A program made the position numbers and the translations under genes. DNA of 64,000 nt from Vicugna vicugna (lineage: Eukaryota), in NCBI GenBank assembly GCA_013265495.1, contig MU062841.1, positions 16,822,337 to 16,886,336 of the forward strand, written 5' to 3'. The notes below the pieces were generated by a model. The model searched no databases. It was not told where the DNA came from and saw nothing but the letters and a program-made list of their open reading frames with translations. Shown piece after piece: positions 12,041 to 23,577 of this stretch. Position 1 is the first letter of the stretch. Every line of letters begins with the position of its first letter.

Positions 12041-13129
12041 ATACAAAAGCCAGAGGCCCCTCTTGACAATAATTCCCACCTCCCAGGCTGGACTGAGGGT
12101 GCACCATGACCGTGTGCTGAGTCCACCTGTCGCTGGGCACGCAGCAGGGCCGGCCCTTGCCCACACCTGCTCTTGGAAGCATCCTCAATAGTGAGGCCTG
12201 GTCATGCTGACAGTCTTAACTGGAGAGCTGGGCTTTTGGGAGATACCAGCCAGGTCCCTGAGCCAGAAACCCTCAGGCCAGTACGGGGGACACACAGCAG
12301 CCAGCTTTGGCTAGAATGTGGGACTTTGCAGGTAAATCCAGGTGACCTGCGGCTGAGAACCCAGCCGTGGAAGGCCTTGATGTTGGGCTGTGGGGTGCCA
12401 TCTTGCAGGTCCAGGTCATTGGCTATGACCCTTTTCCCCAGAATCCTGGGCTTCTGCAGAATTCCCAGGCCTGCTGCAGGGTGAGGGCTGGGCTGCTGCA
12501 GTCTGGACCCCACGCCATTGCAAGTGCAGAAGCTCCACCCAACCTGTGTTCCACAATGCAGGCAGCGAAGGCGAGGTGCTCAGAGACAACGTGCAAATAA
12601 AAGGCACAGATGTTGAGGGGTGCTGGGCCGGCAAGGAGACCGCCACGGGCTGATTCGGGGAACAAGGCATGAGGTGCATCAGGGAGGCCTGGCCACTGCT
12701 AGGAGTCTGTTGCAACAGAACCCATGGGGGCCCACCTGGCTCCAGCCAGGCTGGGCTGGGGGCTGTAGAGAAAAGGAGAGGCGGAGGCCACACTCCGGGG
12801 GGAGATGGAAGAGCTGGCCTTGGCCCAGATGGGGTGCAGGTCTCATCTCCCCGCTTCAGCTACCTGGGGGAGGAACCATGGTCCATGCACCTTTCTGACC
12901 TTCATACTGTCGACCGTGGTCAGTGCCTGGCAAGGCGTGAGCGTTTTCTAAGTGCCCGTCTGAACGAACAAGGGCCCGGGACCTGCAACCCCCAAATGTA
13001 GGTTCTGTGGGAGCTGAGAAATAGCGCCACGACCCCCCATGCAGAGGCCCCCTGGTGCGTGGGTGAGGGCGTAGGCTTTGCAGCCAGGGCTCAGCCCTAG
13101 CCCCTCTCCCTGCTGGCTGCAGGACCTTG

Positions 13130-13215
13130 GCCAGTGACTTAACCTCAGGTTGGCGCAATCTCTTACCTGTAAAGTGGGAATAATAAGAGTGTATATTTCG
13201 TAGAGTTGTGAGGAT
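13130..13215 (+). mobile_element. MIR SINE abutting an MLT1 LTR
   Basis: gtgacttaacctc...acctgtaaagtgggaataataagagt...tagagttgtgaggat. Confidence 0.7.
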
Positions 13216-13570
13216 TGTTCTGGAATGTTTGTGTCCTCCCCAAATTCATGTGTTGAAGCCCTAACCCCCCCCAAGAGGGTATCTGGAGGTGGGGCCTTCA
13301 GGGGATAATCAGGTTGAGATGAGATCACGAGGGTGGAGCCCCTGGGGTGGGATTAGTGCCCTTAGGAGAAACGTGAGAGCGACCTTTCTGCCACCACATG
13401 AGGGTGCAGCGAGAGGCCATCTGCCAGCCCTGAAGAGAGCCGTCCCAGGCACTGGGTCAGCCAGCACCTTCGTCTTAGACTTCCAGCCTCCCGAACGGCG
13501 CGCGATCGGTGTCTGCCGGCTAGGACACAGTCTGTGTGTTTCGTCACAGCGGCCGGAGCAGACCAAGACA
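13216..13570 (+). mobile_element. MaLR solo LTR (MLT1A/MLT1B-like)
   Basis: gaatgtttgtgtcctccccaaattcatgtgttgaagccctaacc...ggattagtgccctta...agacttccagcctcc...gaccaagaca; TG...CA ends. Confidence 0.85.
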
Positions 13571-14077
13571 GGCTGCACGCAAAAAAAGTGCTCCGGACAG
13601 TGCCGGCAGCACAGGCAAGTTCAGAACGTGATGAAGGGGCAGCGGTCACCGGGAAAGGGCACCTGGCGTGGAGGCCAGGCTGCCTGGGCTCATGCCTGGC
13701 AGTGCAGCTTGAGCCGTGTGTCCAGCGACAGCCGCCTTCACCTCTGTGTGTGTGTTTGCTCACTTGTCAGAGGTGGGGCGGTGATGATAGTTCTACCTGT
13801 TTCCACAGGAGCTTAACAGCAACACTCAGTTGCTGCGTACGGCAATGCGGCTGGGCTGATGGTCACGGTGTTCTCCTAGAATCCGCACTATTCCCGTACC
13901 AGCAGGTGACAGCCCCTCGTCTCCCCGAGGGCCTCCCAGGGCCCTCCCTGATGTGTCACAGCCCAGCAGCTGGGTCCATCGCTGGCACCAGAGGCCTGCT
14001 TCGCCGCGTGGGCCCATCGCTGAGTTAACAAGGGTTCCCAGAATGCTTTGAGGGACGATGCCATCGGTACTGGCGTC

Positions 14078-14180
14078 CATTCATTCAATACACGCTCACT
14101 GACTGCCTCCAAATGCCTGGGGATCTAGAGAGAAATAAGGCCTGGTCTCTGCCCTCAGGAGACGACCGTCAGGCAGTGAG
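14078..14180 (-). mobile_element. L2 LINE 3' terminal fragment
   Basis: cattcattcaa...ctgccctcaggag matches the antisense L2 end. Confidence 0.6.
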
Positions 14181-14514
14181 AGGCCGAGTGTCAGGGTGCA
14201 CGGGGCCCTGGGGGCTCTTCGTGGGGAGACGGAGGCAGGCGCGCCTGCCCTGCGTGAAGGTCTGACGCCTCCTGGGCCAGCAGCGGCCTCTCTACCTAAT
14301 ACTCTCCCCGTGTGGGGTTGCCAGGTTCAGCAGATGAAAACCCAGGGCGCTCTGTCAAATAATTTCAGACAAACAATGAAGTCTCTTTCGTTTTTCTTCT
14401 TCTGTTTTTTTAGTGTTAAGTGTGTCTCAAAATATTACATGGGACGTAACACTGAAAAAAGCCTTCGTGGTCTGTGTGAAATTCACATCTGAGTGAGCGT
14501 GCTGTACCCTATCC

Positions 14515-14960
14515 AGCAACCCCGCTCTGAGGTCAGTTATAGCCAGCAACCTGTTACCTGTCAGGTGGGACCCTCTTCCGCTCCCGTACCTGAAAGGCCG
14601 TCTCAGATACAGCTTCGCTTCCTGGAGAAGAAAGGGGCAGAGCAGAGAGGGAGACGAGTGGGGGGGCCCGCAGGGAGCTGGGCAGAACGTGGGGGTGCGG
14701 GAGGGAGGCAGGGAGGGGTGGATGGGAGGGAAGGGGAAGCAACCCCGCTCTGAGGTCAGTTATAGCCAGCAACCTGTTACCTGTCAGGTGGGACCCTCTT
14801 CCGCTCCCGTACCTGAAAGGCCGTCTCAGATACAGCTTCGCTTCCTGGAGAAGAAAGGGGCAGAGCAGAGAGGGAGACGAGTGGGGGGGCCCGCAGGGAG
14901 CTGGGCAGAACGTGGGGGTGCGGGAGGGAGGCAGGGAGGGGTGGATGGGAGGGAAGGGGA
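14515..14960. repeat. Perfect 223-bp head-to-tail tandem duplication
   Basis: Copy 1 (14515-14737) and copy 2 (14738-14960) both run agcaaccccgctctgagg...ggagggaagggga; no mismatch found by eye. Confidence 0.95.
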
Positions 14961-15119
14961 GGCAGAGCTGAGGGGGGAGAGCACCGCCCCCCCCCACAGC
15001 CTCCCCCACCACCATGTGGAAGCAGATGCGTTGGGAGGAGGTGCGGACACATCTTGGGAGCCGGGGTGTGCTCTCTGAAATGTCAGCAGAAATAAACCTG
15101 GCTAATCCTCCACGATGGC

Positions 15120-15540
15120 CCGTCACATTAATCTCCCTGAGATTCCAAGCGGATTAAAATAACCACGAGCATGACACCACTTGGAAGGCCGGGGATTTAC
15201 TTGGAAGCAGTGCCCCACTGGCGAGCATTCCTCTAATTGCTGCTTCGTATAAATAGAGTGTTCTTTAATATCGCCACCGGCCCTGGCTGACAGATTTAGA
15301 AGGGAGCTGTCGGAGTCGTCAGTGCCCCAGCCGTGGTAAACCGAGGCTCTGGTCGGGCTGTAAATGGGATTCTCGCGGGCCGATCAATCTGACCAAAGCC
15401 GCCAGCGTTGCCTGTTGATCTGCAAAGTCCTCGGTGGCTACGGCTTCCCAGAATTGTGCTTGCATCTGTCAGAATTATAAGCAGCTGGCAGCTGATGCAA
15501 AGGTCAGATTTGCTGCTAGTGTGGAAATAGAATTTCCCGA
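15120..15540. promoter_or_regulatory. Enhancer-like block with overlapping E-box, CEBP-ATF and NBRE motifs
   Basis: CAGCTG at 15482-15487 and 15489-15494, TGATGCAA at 15493-15500, AAAGGTCA at 15499-15506, in repeat-free sequence. Confidence 0.4.
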
Positions 15541-18519
15541 GCACCAGAAATGCTACTTGGCAGCGTGTCCACTGCAGGAGGGTCATTAGGGGAGGAGTGT
15601 GTGTTGCAGCCTCGGGTGCCTGGAGCCGGCTTCCTCTGTCAGCCCACACTGGACACACAGGCAGGTGCTCAGATGGGCGACACTAGACAGCAGTCAGTCC
15701 CCAGCGAGCGCTTCAGCGCCCTCATCATAAGGCGGTTTTCTAACAAGTGCTTGCAGGCGCCTGCTGACTCGGGCGCTGTTCCAGGCACGGCGTACACTCG
15801 GCGAAGACCTCTTACTGGTGGCCTGGTGGCCTTGGACATACTATTTCCTGGCTCTGCTGAGCCTCAGGTTGGCCGTCTTTAGCCTGGGGACAGTATCTCC
15901 TACTTCAGAGAGCATTTAGGGACCTAATTTCATCAGGCCTTAGGTGCTGGGGCAGCTCGCACTCCAGGTACACTCTCCGTAACTCGTGTCAGACGCCCAT
16001 CAGGAAAGGACAGGCCCAGATCCAGAGAGGCCACCCCGTGAGGAGTGCGTAAAGGTCTAAATCCCGGAGTCCCGAGCCGTGGGGACGCGGGCTGCATTGG
16101 AAGGGCAGACCTGGTCTGGGGGGCGGTTCACAGCACAGGCAGCTTCCGGGGTCTGTGGGCCACCTGAACGCATCCCCAGTCGGAGTGGGCCCCAGAGAAG
16201 CAGGTCCTGCCCCACCCAGGGAGAGGCGTCAGGGAGAGGCGGGTCCCAGAGCCCCCTGCCGCCCGGCTCAGGCGGGGCGGGCCGGGAGGGAGCCAGGTGG
16301 TCTCCTGGACTTCGTTCTGCTCTGTTTCGTCAGCTGGAAGGCTCCTCCCCTCTCCAACGAGTCTGGAACCTATTCTCTGTCAGGAATCGGGTCCGGGGTA
16401 AGCCAGGCAGTTCTTGGTTGAGATGGCTCACGAGATGACATCAGACGCCATCGGCAAGTCAGTTTTGGGCATTGTGACAAAGTGCCACCCAAACTCAAAT
16501 TCACTTAAAATCCGTCTCAACAAGGTGGCTTCCGGAAGAGTCAGCCGAGGCTTTGTCCCATCCCAGCTGCTGGCACGTCCCTCCCTGGGGCGAGTCCTGT
16601 GTCTGCACCGCACGCTCCGTGCTTGGAAGTCCTGTTCCGTCCTGCAGCTCCAAGCCTCACTCACGTCAGCCTGCGGCTGCTCGGCTCGGCTCGGCTGAAC
16701 GGAAGGACTGTGAGCTTTGCATCCCTCCGGCCTGGGAGGGCACCCCCGTCCGCTCCGCCCAGCTGTCCCCCACTCCTAGGACCCCCCTTTCACACATGAC
16801 GTTGGGGTGGTCTTATCATCTGCGACCCCGGCGGTTATGATTGGCAGCTCTTTTTCTTTATTACGTGTAAAAGCATGGTATGTCTCACGATCTACGAAGT
16901 CTTGGATTTGATGAATTAAGGGTCTGGCCTTGGTAAGTCCCCTCTGTGAACCTGCTTCCAACAACTGTAAACTGGCAGGGCTGTTGTGAAGCCGAAACAA
17001 GAGGCCCGCGGGGAAGGCGCCTGCCCGGGGCAGTCCCCGAGGGTGGGAGGACCCGAATGCTGCTAGCTGTCTCCGCGGCTTCTCAGTGAGGAGGAAGATT
17101 CCAGAAGTCCTGACTCTGGCTCTGGCGCTGGGACCACCCCCACGCCCTGTCTGTCCCTCTGACTCGTCTGTGTGATGTCAGCTTTGAAGTGATTGCATGT
17201 GAGGCTCAAAAAGAATTTCCCAAAATTACATATAGGTATAAAATGAAGGGAGAAAAGGGCCGTTTCCCGTCAGGTTGAAAATGGCAGAGTGAAGCGGGAC
17301 TGCCCCTCCTCTGGCCACACATCTGCGCTCTGACGCGGTTTTCAGTCCCCAGGAGTATCTCCTATAGGCAGAAAGCAGCCCTTCAAGGGACAAATAGTGG
17401 AGCCAGACACCACAGGAAAGGAGCCCGGACCGGGAGGCAGGGGATCCAGGACCAAAGGGCGCTGGCTGTGTGAGTGGCCGTCCTGTGCCTGCCTGGGCCT
17501 CAGCATCCCCTTCTGCAAAGTGGGCGGGCGCGTAGGATAATCCTCACCCACCGGCCACCCTTTGACAAACGAAGATTAATAGATTAACTTGGGAGAAGGA
17601 AATCTTCTGTGTTTAAAAAAAAAAAGTTTTATATTTCTGTTTCGATGCCCTGCACAAATACACCCGACTGCCCGTGAGCACGTGATGCAGCCACACATGC
17701 GTGTGCGCGTCTCCCTTTTGCTCTTCCTCTTTCTGCTCGGCCCCTGTCCTCACTCTGGGAGACCCTGCAGGACCTTTCTCGCTCTGCTGGTCATATTTCT
17801 GGGGCCAGAAAAATTCCGGGGAAAGGAAAGCAAACAGCGCCGTGGGGTTGCGGTTACCCGTGGTGCTGACAGTGAGTCGGGCTCTGGGGGGTGGTCCTCG
17901 CTTGCCCCAAGGGATAATGAGTTCGCCTGGCCTCTGGCCATCTGCCTCCCTTCCCCCTGACTCTGACCAGCACCCCCACCCTAATTCCAGAGCAGGTCAG
18001 AACTCGGATCTGACAGTCAGGCCGTATCTCAGTTTGGCCTCCCAGATCCCCATCCTTCATGGAATCCAGGGATCAGGAACCCCCAGAATCACTGGGACCA
18101 GCCCTCGATCAAGGCAAGCAGTGGTCCATCCTCCCAGGAAAACATCTGGAAAGCTCGTCGCGCCCAGCTTCCTGCAGGGAGTGAGGGCTGGGCACGCCCA
18201 GACTCCTCAGGCCAGCTGGCTCATTTCCTCCACCTCAGAAACCTCTGGAAGCCGGGTTGCCCACGTCCTGGCTCAACTCTTAGCCATCGGTTCAGCCAGG
18301 AACCACTCTTTTCAGGCGAGAGAAAGCAAAGCAAACATAGAAAGTTCAGCTGGACGAATAAGCAACTCACAGAAGAAACAGGGCGGCCAAGAAACACAGG
18401 AAGGTATTTTCCATCTTGGAAGACAGCAAGGAACCCAAACGACACACTGATCTGCCCTTGGCAACTCTGCGGGGACAAGGCTGAAGGGGGGTGTCTGTCT
18501 GGAGCAGCAGGTCCTCTGG

Positions 18520-19400
18520 GGGGAGAGGCCCGGGCACAAGCTCTCCGGAGAGCAAGGCGGCAGCGCGAGGCGGACTCGCGGGCACGCGGCCCCGGACTCG
18601 GCCATTCTGCTCCGGGGGCCGTCGCACCCCGGGGTAACCGCGAATGGACACGAATGTCTGAATTCAGGAATGCTCGCTGAAATGAGAAAGAACCTTCTTG
18701 TCCGTCCAGAGGGGATTCGGGAATTAACTGTGGCACATCTGTATGGTGGGATCCTATTAGGATCCGAGGTGTGCCTTGTACACTTCAGCGTAAAGAGATG
18801 CTCCTGGTATGTTGTCGGGTGGGACCGGCAACTTGGCCCACACAGGCATCAGTGCGCCCAGGAGGGCGGCCTGTCACGGCCGTGAAAGCAGGAGGCAGCA
18901 TGGCAGACCACAGGTCAACGGGCTTCTGGGTGACTTACAACATTTTAGCTACAACTTCTGATTTTTTTTAAAACATAAGCAGGTATTACTTATGGAAAAA
19001 GTAAGCAGCGGCCAGCCCAAGGAAGGGCTCCCGGGCGCCGGGGAGGGCGGCCGGGAGGGCCTCCGGCAGAGCCTGCCCCAGCGGCGGAGGGGGCGGCCGT
19101 GAGAGCGGGGGCGAATGTCCCTCCTAGTCTTGTGCAAGCGTCAGCCTGGGGGCCAACGCCCTTCTTTTCCCTCTGCCTGAAAAACCCAGGGCTCCAGCGC
19201 TTTCCAGGGGCCTCTGTCCCTGAGCCCTCACCGCACCGGTCTCCCCGCCCCGTCCCCGGTCCCAATTCCTCGGCGAGGGGCCTGAGCTGCGTTGCCCAAC
19301 GTGGATCCGGTCTGGATCTGAAGTCGGCAATGCCGCTTCCCAGCAGTGCGGCCTTGAGCAGTCAGAAAATGCCTCTTCGTACCCCGGATCCTGTCTGACT
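18520..19400. promoter_or_regulatory. CpG-rich patches (weak CpG-island-like)
   Basis: Visibly dense CpG at 18520-18660 and 19020-19400. CpG observed/expected not computed. Confidence 0.3.
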
Positions 19401-19439
19401 TTGAGGATTGCAAGAGAGGAAAAGAAGAGAAGAGAAAAG

Positions 19440-19745
19440 AAGGTTCACGGGGGAGTATTATTCACAACAGCCGAGACGTGGGAGCCACCTGAGTGTCCAT
19501 CAGCAGACGGCTGGGTGAAGAAGATGGGTGTAATGTACACTGGGGTGCTACTCAGCCAGAAGGGAGTGAAACCGCGCCATCTGCAGCAGCATGGATGGAC
19601 TTGGAGGGTACTGTGCCAAGGAAATAAGTCAGACTGAGAACTACAAACACTGTATGATATTGATACGTAGAATCTAACAGATACAGCAAACTAGTGGCTG
19701 CAACAAAGGAGACTCACAGATACAGGGGACAAACTAGTGGTGCCG
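19440..19745 (+). mobile_element. L1 LINE 3' region (ORF2 end/3' UTR)
   Basis: tattcacaacagccgagacgtgggagccacctgagtgtccatcagcag...gcatggatggacttggaggg...aaataagtcagac is a typical L1 3' end. Confidence 0.85.
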
Positions 19746-22054
19746 GGTCCAGGCGTCGAGAAGGAGTAGATTAGCTGGGGAACGGGGGTGCCTGCGCTGA
19801 TGGTCACCGCCAGACAGACGCCCAGCCCCGAGTGAGCAGTCGAGGCAGCAGCCCGAAGCTCCAGCCCCCGGGGGGCACACAGCACTGCAGTCGCTGCTGC
19901 CTGGGCCAGGAAGCACCTTGCGTCCTCTGCGGGGCCGGAGCTGCCCGGGGGGAGTTACAACAAACACAAGCAGCGACGTTATTGCGTGTCTGTGATGCCC
20001 AGGCCCCGCGCTAGGCGTTCTGCGTAAGTTAACCCTTCTGTTTGAATCTTCCACATTCTGTGGGGTCTGAATAACTCGCCCATCTCAGAGAGACAATGAG
20101 AACTGAAAGGGTACAGCAGCTGGCTCAGGGCCGCAGGACAGGACCAGGCTCTGGCCAGCCTGGCCGTGTGGCCCAAGCTGTCACTCCCTCACAGGGCAGC
20201 CTCCCCACTCTCGCCACCTTCTGCCAAGGCATTGCCGTCACCCTCCCTCCTGCTCACGTGTCTGCCTGCTCAGTTCCACACCGCCGTTGGCAGCAGCCAC
20301 CCTGCAGGCCTGAACAGTGGTGTCTTTTTCCATCCACTCTCACAACCATGCTATGGGGGAGACCAGGAGGCGTGTTCTCCCATTTTACAGGGAAAGAAAC
20401 GGAGGCTCAGGGAGAGAGAACAGCTGGCCACCATCATGCTGCCATCCGGGACAGGGTGGGACAGACCCGGGCCTCTGGATGCAGTGTCCCTCTGTGACAC
20501 CTCACAGCACGGCTGAGAATTCAAACGTGTTGGTGCCTCCACGGATCTTTAAATGTCTGCAGCTCACGATGACCAGCTTACAAGGCCCGCCTGCATCAGG
20601 GTTCTGGTGCCAAGTCCTGACAGGGTTCTTCAGCCCCTCTGGGGTCCTCCCCGAGCCGGGAGGCATCTCGCCTGGTTGCTAAGCAGGGACCCTTTTCCTG
20701 AGGTGTCCCGAGGTGATGAAGGTGCTGGGAAGACCATGGCGCTGGTAGCAGGTGTGTGAGCCCGCCGAGGGCCTGTCCTTCTGCAGGGCTCCAGCGGCTG
20801 GGGAGGGCCCCTCTGATAGGAGGGCTCAGCGGGGAGCACCTCCCCGCCAGCGCTGGGCCAGGCAGGCTAACCCTAACCCTCACCCCCGGGCCTGGGCAAG
20901 TGAGAACGTCCCGGAGGACGGGACACAAAACCACAGGGAGGGCTCCCAAGAAGCCCCAGAAACCGCAGGTCGAGCACCCATCCTTCCTCCAGGAGTTTGG
21001 TGTCTGTTCTCTAGGTTTTTCTAGGAGGACAAGACAGCACAGATGAACCCTGGCTTGGTTTCAATCCCATCTGACAAATGAGGAAACCAGCGAGGCTCAG
21101 ATAAACGAAGTAAGTCCAGCTAGGAAAGAGCTGGAGAGAAGGCAGCCGGCCCCACGGCCAGCGCGGCCCCTCCCTCTGGGGGCCATGACCCTGCACTGTC
21201 CCCCGACCCCGGGGCCTCATCTGGACGTCTCCCAGGCACGGAGTAGATAGAATTTGGCTGAGTCCGCCCTTGTGAACGCGTGGGTTGTACAGCCTCAGTG
21301 TGAGCCCAGGGCCTGGGCTTCTGGGAAGGGTGGGGCTGGGGGAGTTTGAAGACAGTGACTGACCAGGAGGGAATTCCAGGAGAAGGGGCTGCCTCTTTCA
21401 GCTCCAGAGGTCTGCCTGAGGCAAAGACTTGCTCTTCTCACCAGGGCGGACTCCTCCCAGCCGCACCCCCATCCTCCCTCCCCTCCCCTGCCCTCCCCTC
21501 CCCAACCCTCCTCCTCACACACCCATGTGAAGTTTGCAAGGGACCCAGGCAGCCAGATTCCACCGGGTTTAAGTCATAGCTCCATTTCGCTCTGGTGAAT
21601 AATGGCATTTTCAGAGTCACAAAATGAGCGCTAAAAAGGACCTTATTGATGTGTTTGACCAACTCCCTCTTAATAGATGAGGAAGACGGAGGCGGTGGGC
21701 GCAGGGTCTGGGCCAGGCCCCGAGGCTCCCAGGCCCCGCTGCTCTGCCTGGCCTCCCTTCCCACTTTCTACTCACACTGTGCCGTCGCCGGAAGGAACCT
21801 CAGGACGCATGTGGTCAGGGGGCAGGCTGGGGACAGACCCAAGTGCCATCAGGGCCACGAGGTCATGCAGAGGAGAAGGACAGCCAGGAAGGGGGGAGGG
21901 GGTGACTGCCACATGGACTGCTGTCCTGCGGACCCATGCTACCTGGGCATTCTGACTTTTCTTAAAGGACAGCTATGAAACACAATTTTTAATGTAAAAT
22001 ATTCCACTTCTGAAATATAGGAACAATTCACATTTAAAAGCGAAACACCTGAAT

Positions 22055-22135
22055 GTGTGTCTACGTGTAACTGAACTGCTCTGCTGGATGCCTGAAACCA
22101 ATGTTGTTCGTCGACTACACTTCAGTGAAAAATAC
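22055..22135 (+). mobile_element. L1 3' tail fragment (Laurasiatherian type)
   Basis: gtgtaactgaactgctctgctggatgcctgaaaccaatgttgttcgtcgactacacttcagtgaaaaa. Confidence 0.6.
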
Positions 22136-22232
22136 TTCCAAAAAATGAAAACACCGAGAGTAACTTGTGGTGGAGTCCATCTCCATCCCTTGCTGGAGAC
22201 GGGGAGACTGAGGCACAGAGCACCAGCCCACA

Positions 22233-22731
22233 TGTTGCAGAAAGGTGTGTTACAGCTCAGTGTGACAGCAGCCTGGACCCGGACGAGAGACCAAGCAGCT
22301 CTCGGAGGGCTGGAGAACGCAGGCTTATTACGCCAGCGGGCCCGCGGGAGTTACCACTCCAAACTCTGGGCCCCGTCTGCAGGTTTACACAGGCTTTTAT
22401 TGGCTGCTGGTTTACACTTTGCAACATCATATGCAAATAAGGTATAACAGAAATTGACTAATTAGGAGCAAGCGTTGTAGACATGGGCCAATCGGGAGGG
22501 AGAAAAGTAACTAATCAGGAGCGAGCTCCGTGCAGATGAAGTGCTACAAATGGACCAATCAGGAGTTAGCCTAGGGAACCAATAGAATTTTAGGGGTAAG
22601 TTTCACTTTCCTAGAAGTAAGCTATTTGAGAGACAGAAAGCGAGATAGAGCTGCTGGGCCAGGGAGCCGGACGGTGCTGGCAGGAGGGTGGTGGCCCCGC
22701 GGGTCTTTTCTATGGGGCTTCCCACCTCACA
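22233..22731 (-). mobile_element. ERV1-type solo LTR, 499 bp, inserted in a MIR
   Basis: TG...CA termini; 4-bp TSD CACA (22229-22232 and 22732-22735); several CCAAT boxes; ATGCAAAT at 22431-22438; AATAAAA at the TATA position (minus strand, about 22395-22401); degenerate polyA signal AATAAG (minus strand, 22324-22329). Both flanks read as one antisense MIR. Confidence 0.88.
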
Positions 22732-23458
22732 CACAGAGTAGAGACCACACGCAGACCAAGGCCCAGGGCAGCTGAGTCACTTCTGGGGAATCCCGCCTCC
22801 GGGTCAGCGGTCCCCTCGGCACTGATCCGAGGTGGCATTCCAGGAGCGCACCCAAGCGCCCGGCCCCGCCCCAACCTCTCAGGTCTGATGTGATTGCCTG
22901 GGGGGCCTCACCCTTGGCCTTCTATTATGTTTTCCCTGGGCTTCATGGTCAAATCTCTGAGTATTTTTCCCTTGACATGGCCCTTTACAACTCCAACGTT
23001 GGGCCAGAACATTCCGAGACCCTGTGGAGGCCAGGAAAGGCGCAGACATCCTTGTCCCTGGCCAAGCCCTTCCCGCATGCCATTCCCCTGCCTCTGGTTC
23101 TCTGCCCTTCACGGCTCAGCTCAAAAACCACACAGCTGACACTCCCGAAAAATCTCATAAAGCCGAATCAGGAGCTTGTCAGCGAAAGGGGAACATGAGA
23201 TCATGCCACCATCTCCGGCTGGCTAAATCTGTCAGCAGGCCGTCCGTCTCCAAGCCCTCCCCGGCCCCTCCTGCGTGTCCAGTCCTGTGCCCGAGACAGG
23301 GCAACGGGGCGGTTAAGTGAGGAGATGACACATAGCCTCGTAAAACCAGAGAGGGAAGTCGAGCGCGGAGAAGAGCACCACTGGCAGCCAGGGCTCGGGA
23401 GCCCGGGGCAGGGACGCTGAGATAGACGTGGATCTGGAGCGTCTGGGAGAAGGGATGT

Positions 23459-23577
23459 GGGGGACGGGATAGCTCAGCAGGGGAGCACGTGCTTAGCAGG
23501 CGTGGGGTCCTGGGTTCGATCCCCAGTCCCTCCACTAAAAATAAATAAATAGACCTAACCTCCCCCCACCCAATAAA
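23459..23577 (+). mobile_element. Camelid tRNA-derived SINE (Vic-1 family)
   Basis: gggacgggatagctcagcagggg (A box)...gggttcgatccccag (B box)...ctccactaaaaataaataaatagacctaacctcccccc tail. Confidence 0.9.

Noticed and set aside
16874-16932. 59-nt segment ending in a strong GTAAGT donor (HGMSHDLRSLG...)
   Set aside because: The acceptor is purine-rich (gtaaaag). The resemblance to a known N-terminal motif is short and probably coincidental.
17771-17871. 101-nt segment between cag and gtgagt
   Set aside because: The splice signals are moderate and the peptide is unrecognised; it cannot be told apart from a chance pseudo-exon.
23459-23577. tRNA-like sequences here and at 34577-34708 and 45586-45710
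   Set aside because: They have A and B boxes but broken acceptor/anticodon stems and the SINE-specific A-rich tail, so they are SINEs, not tRNA genes.
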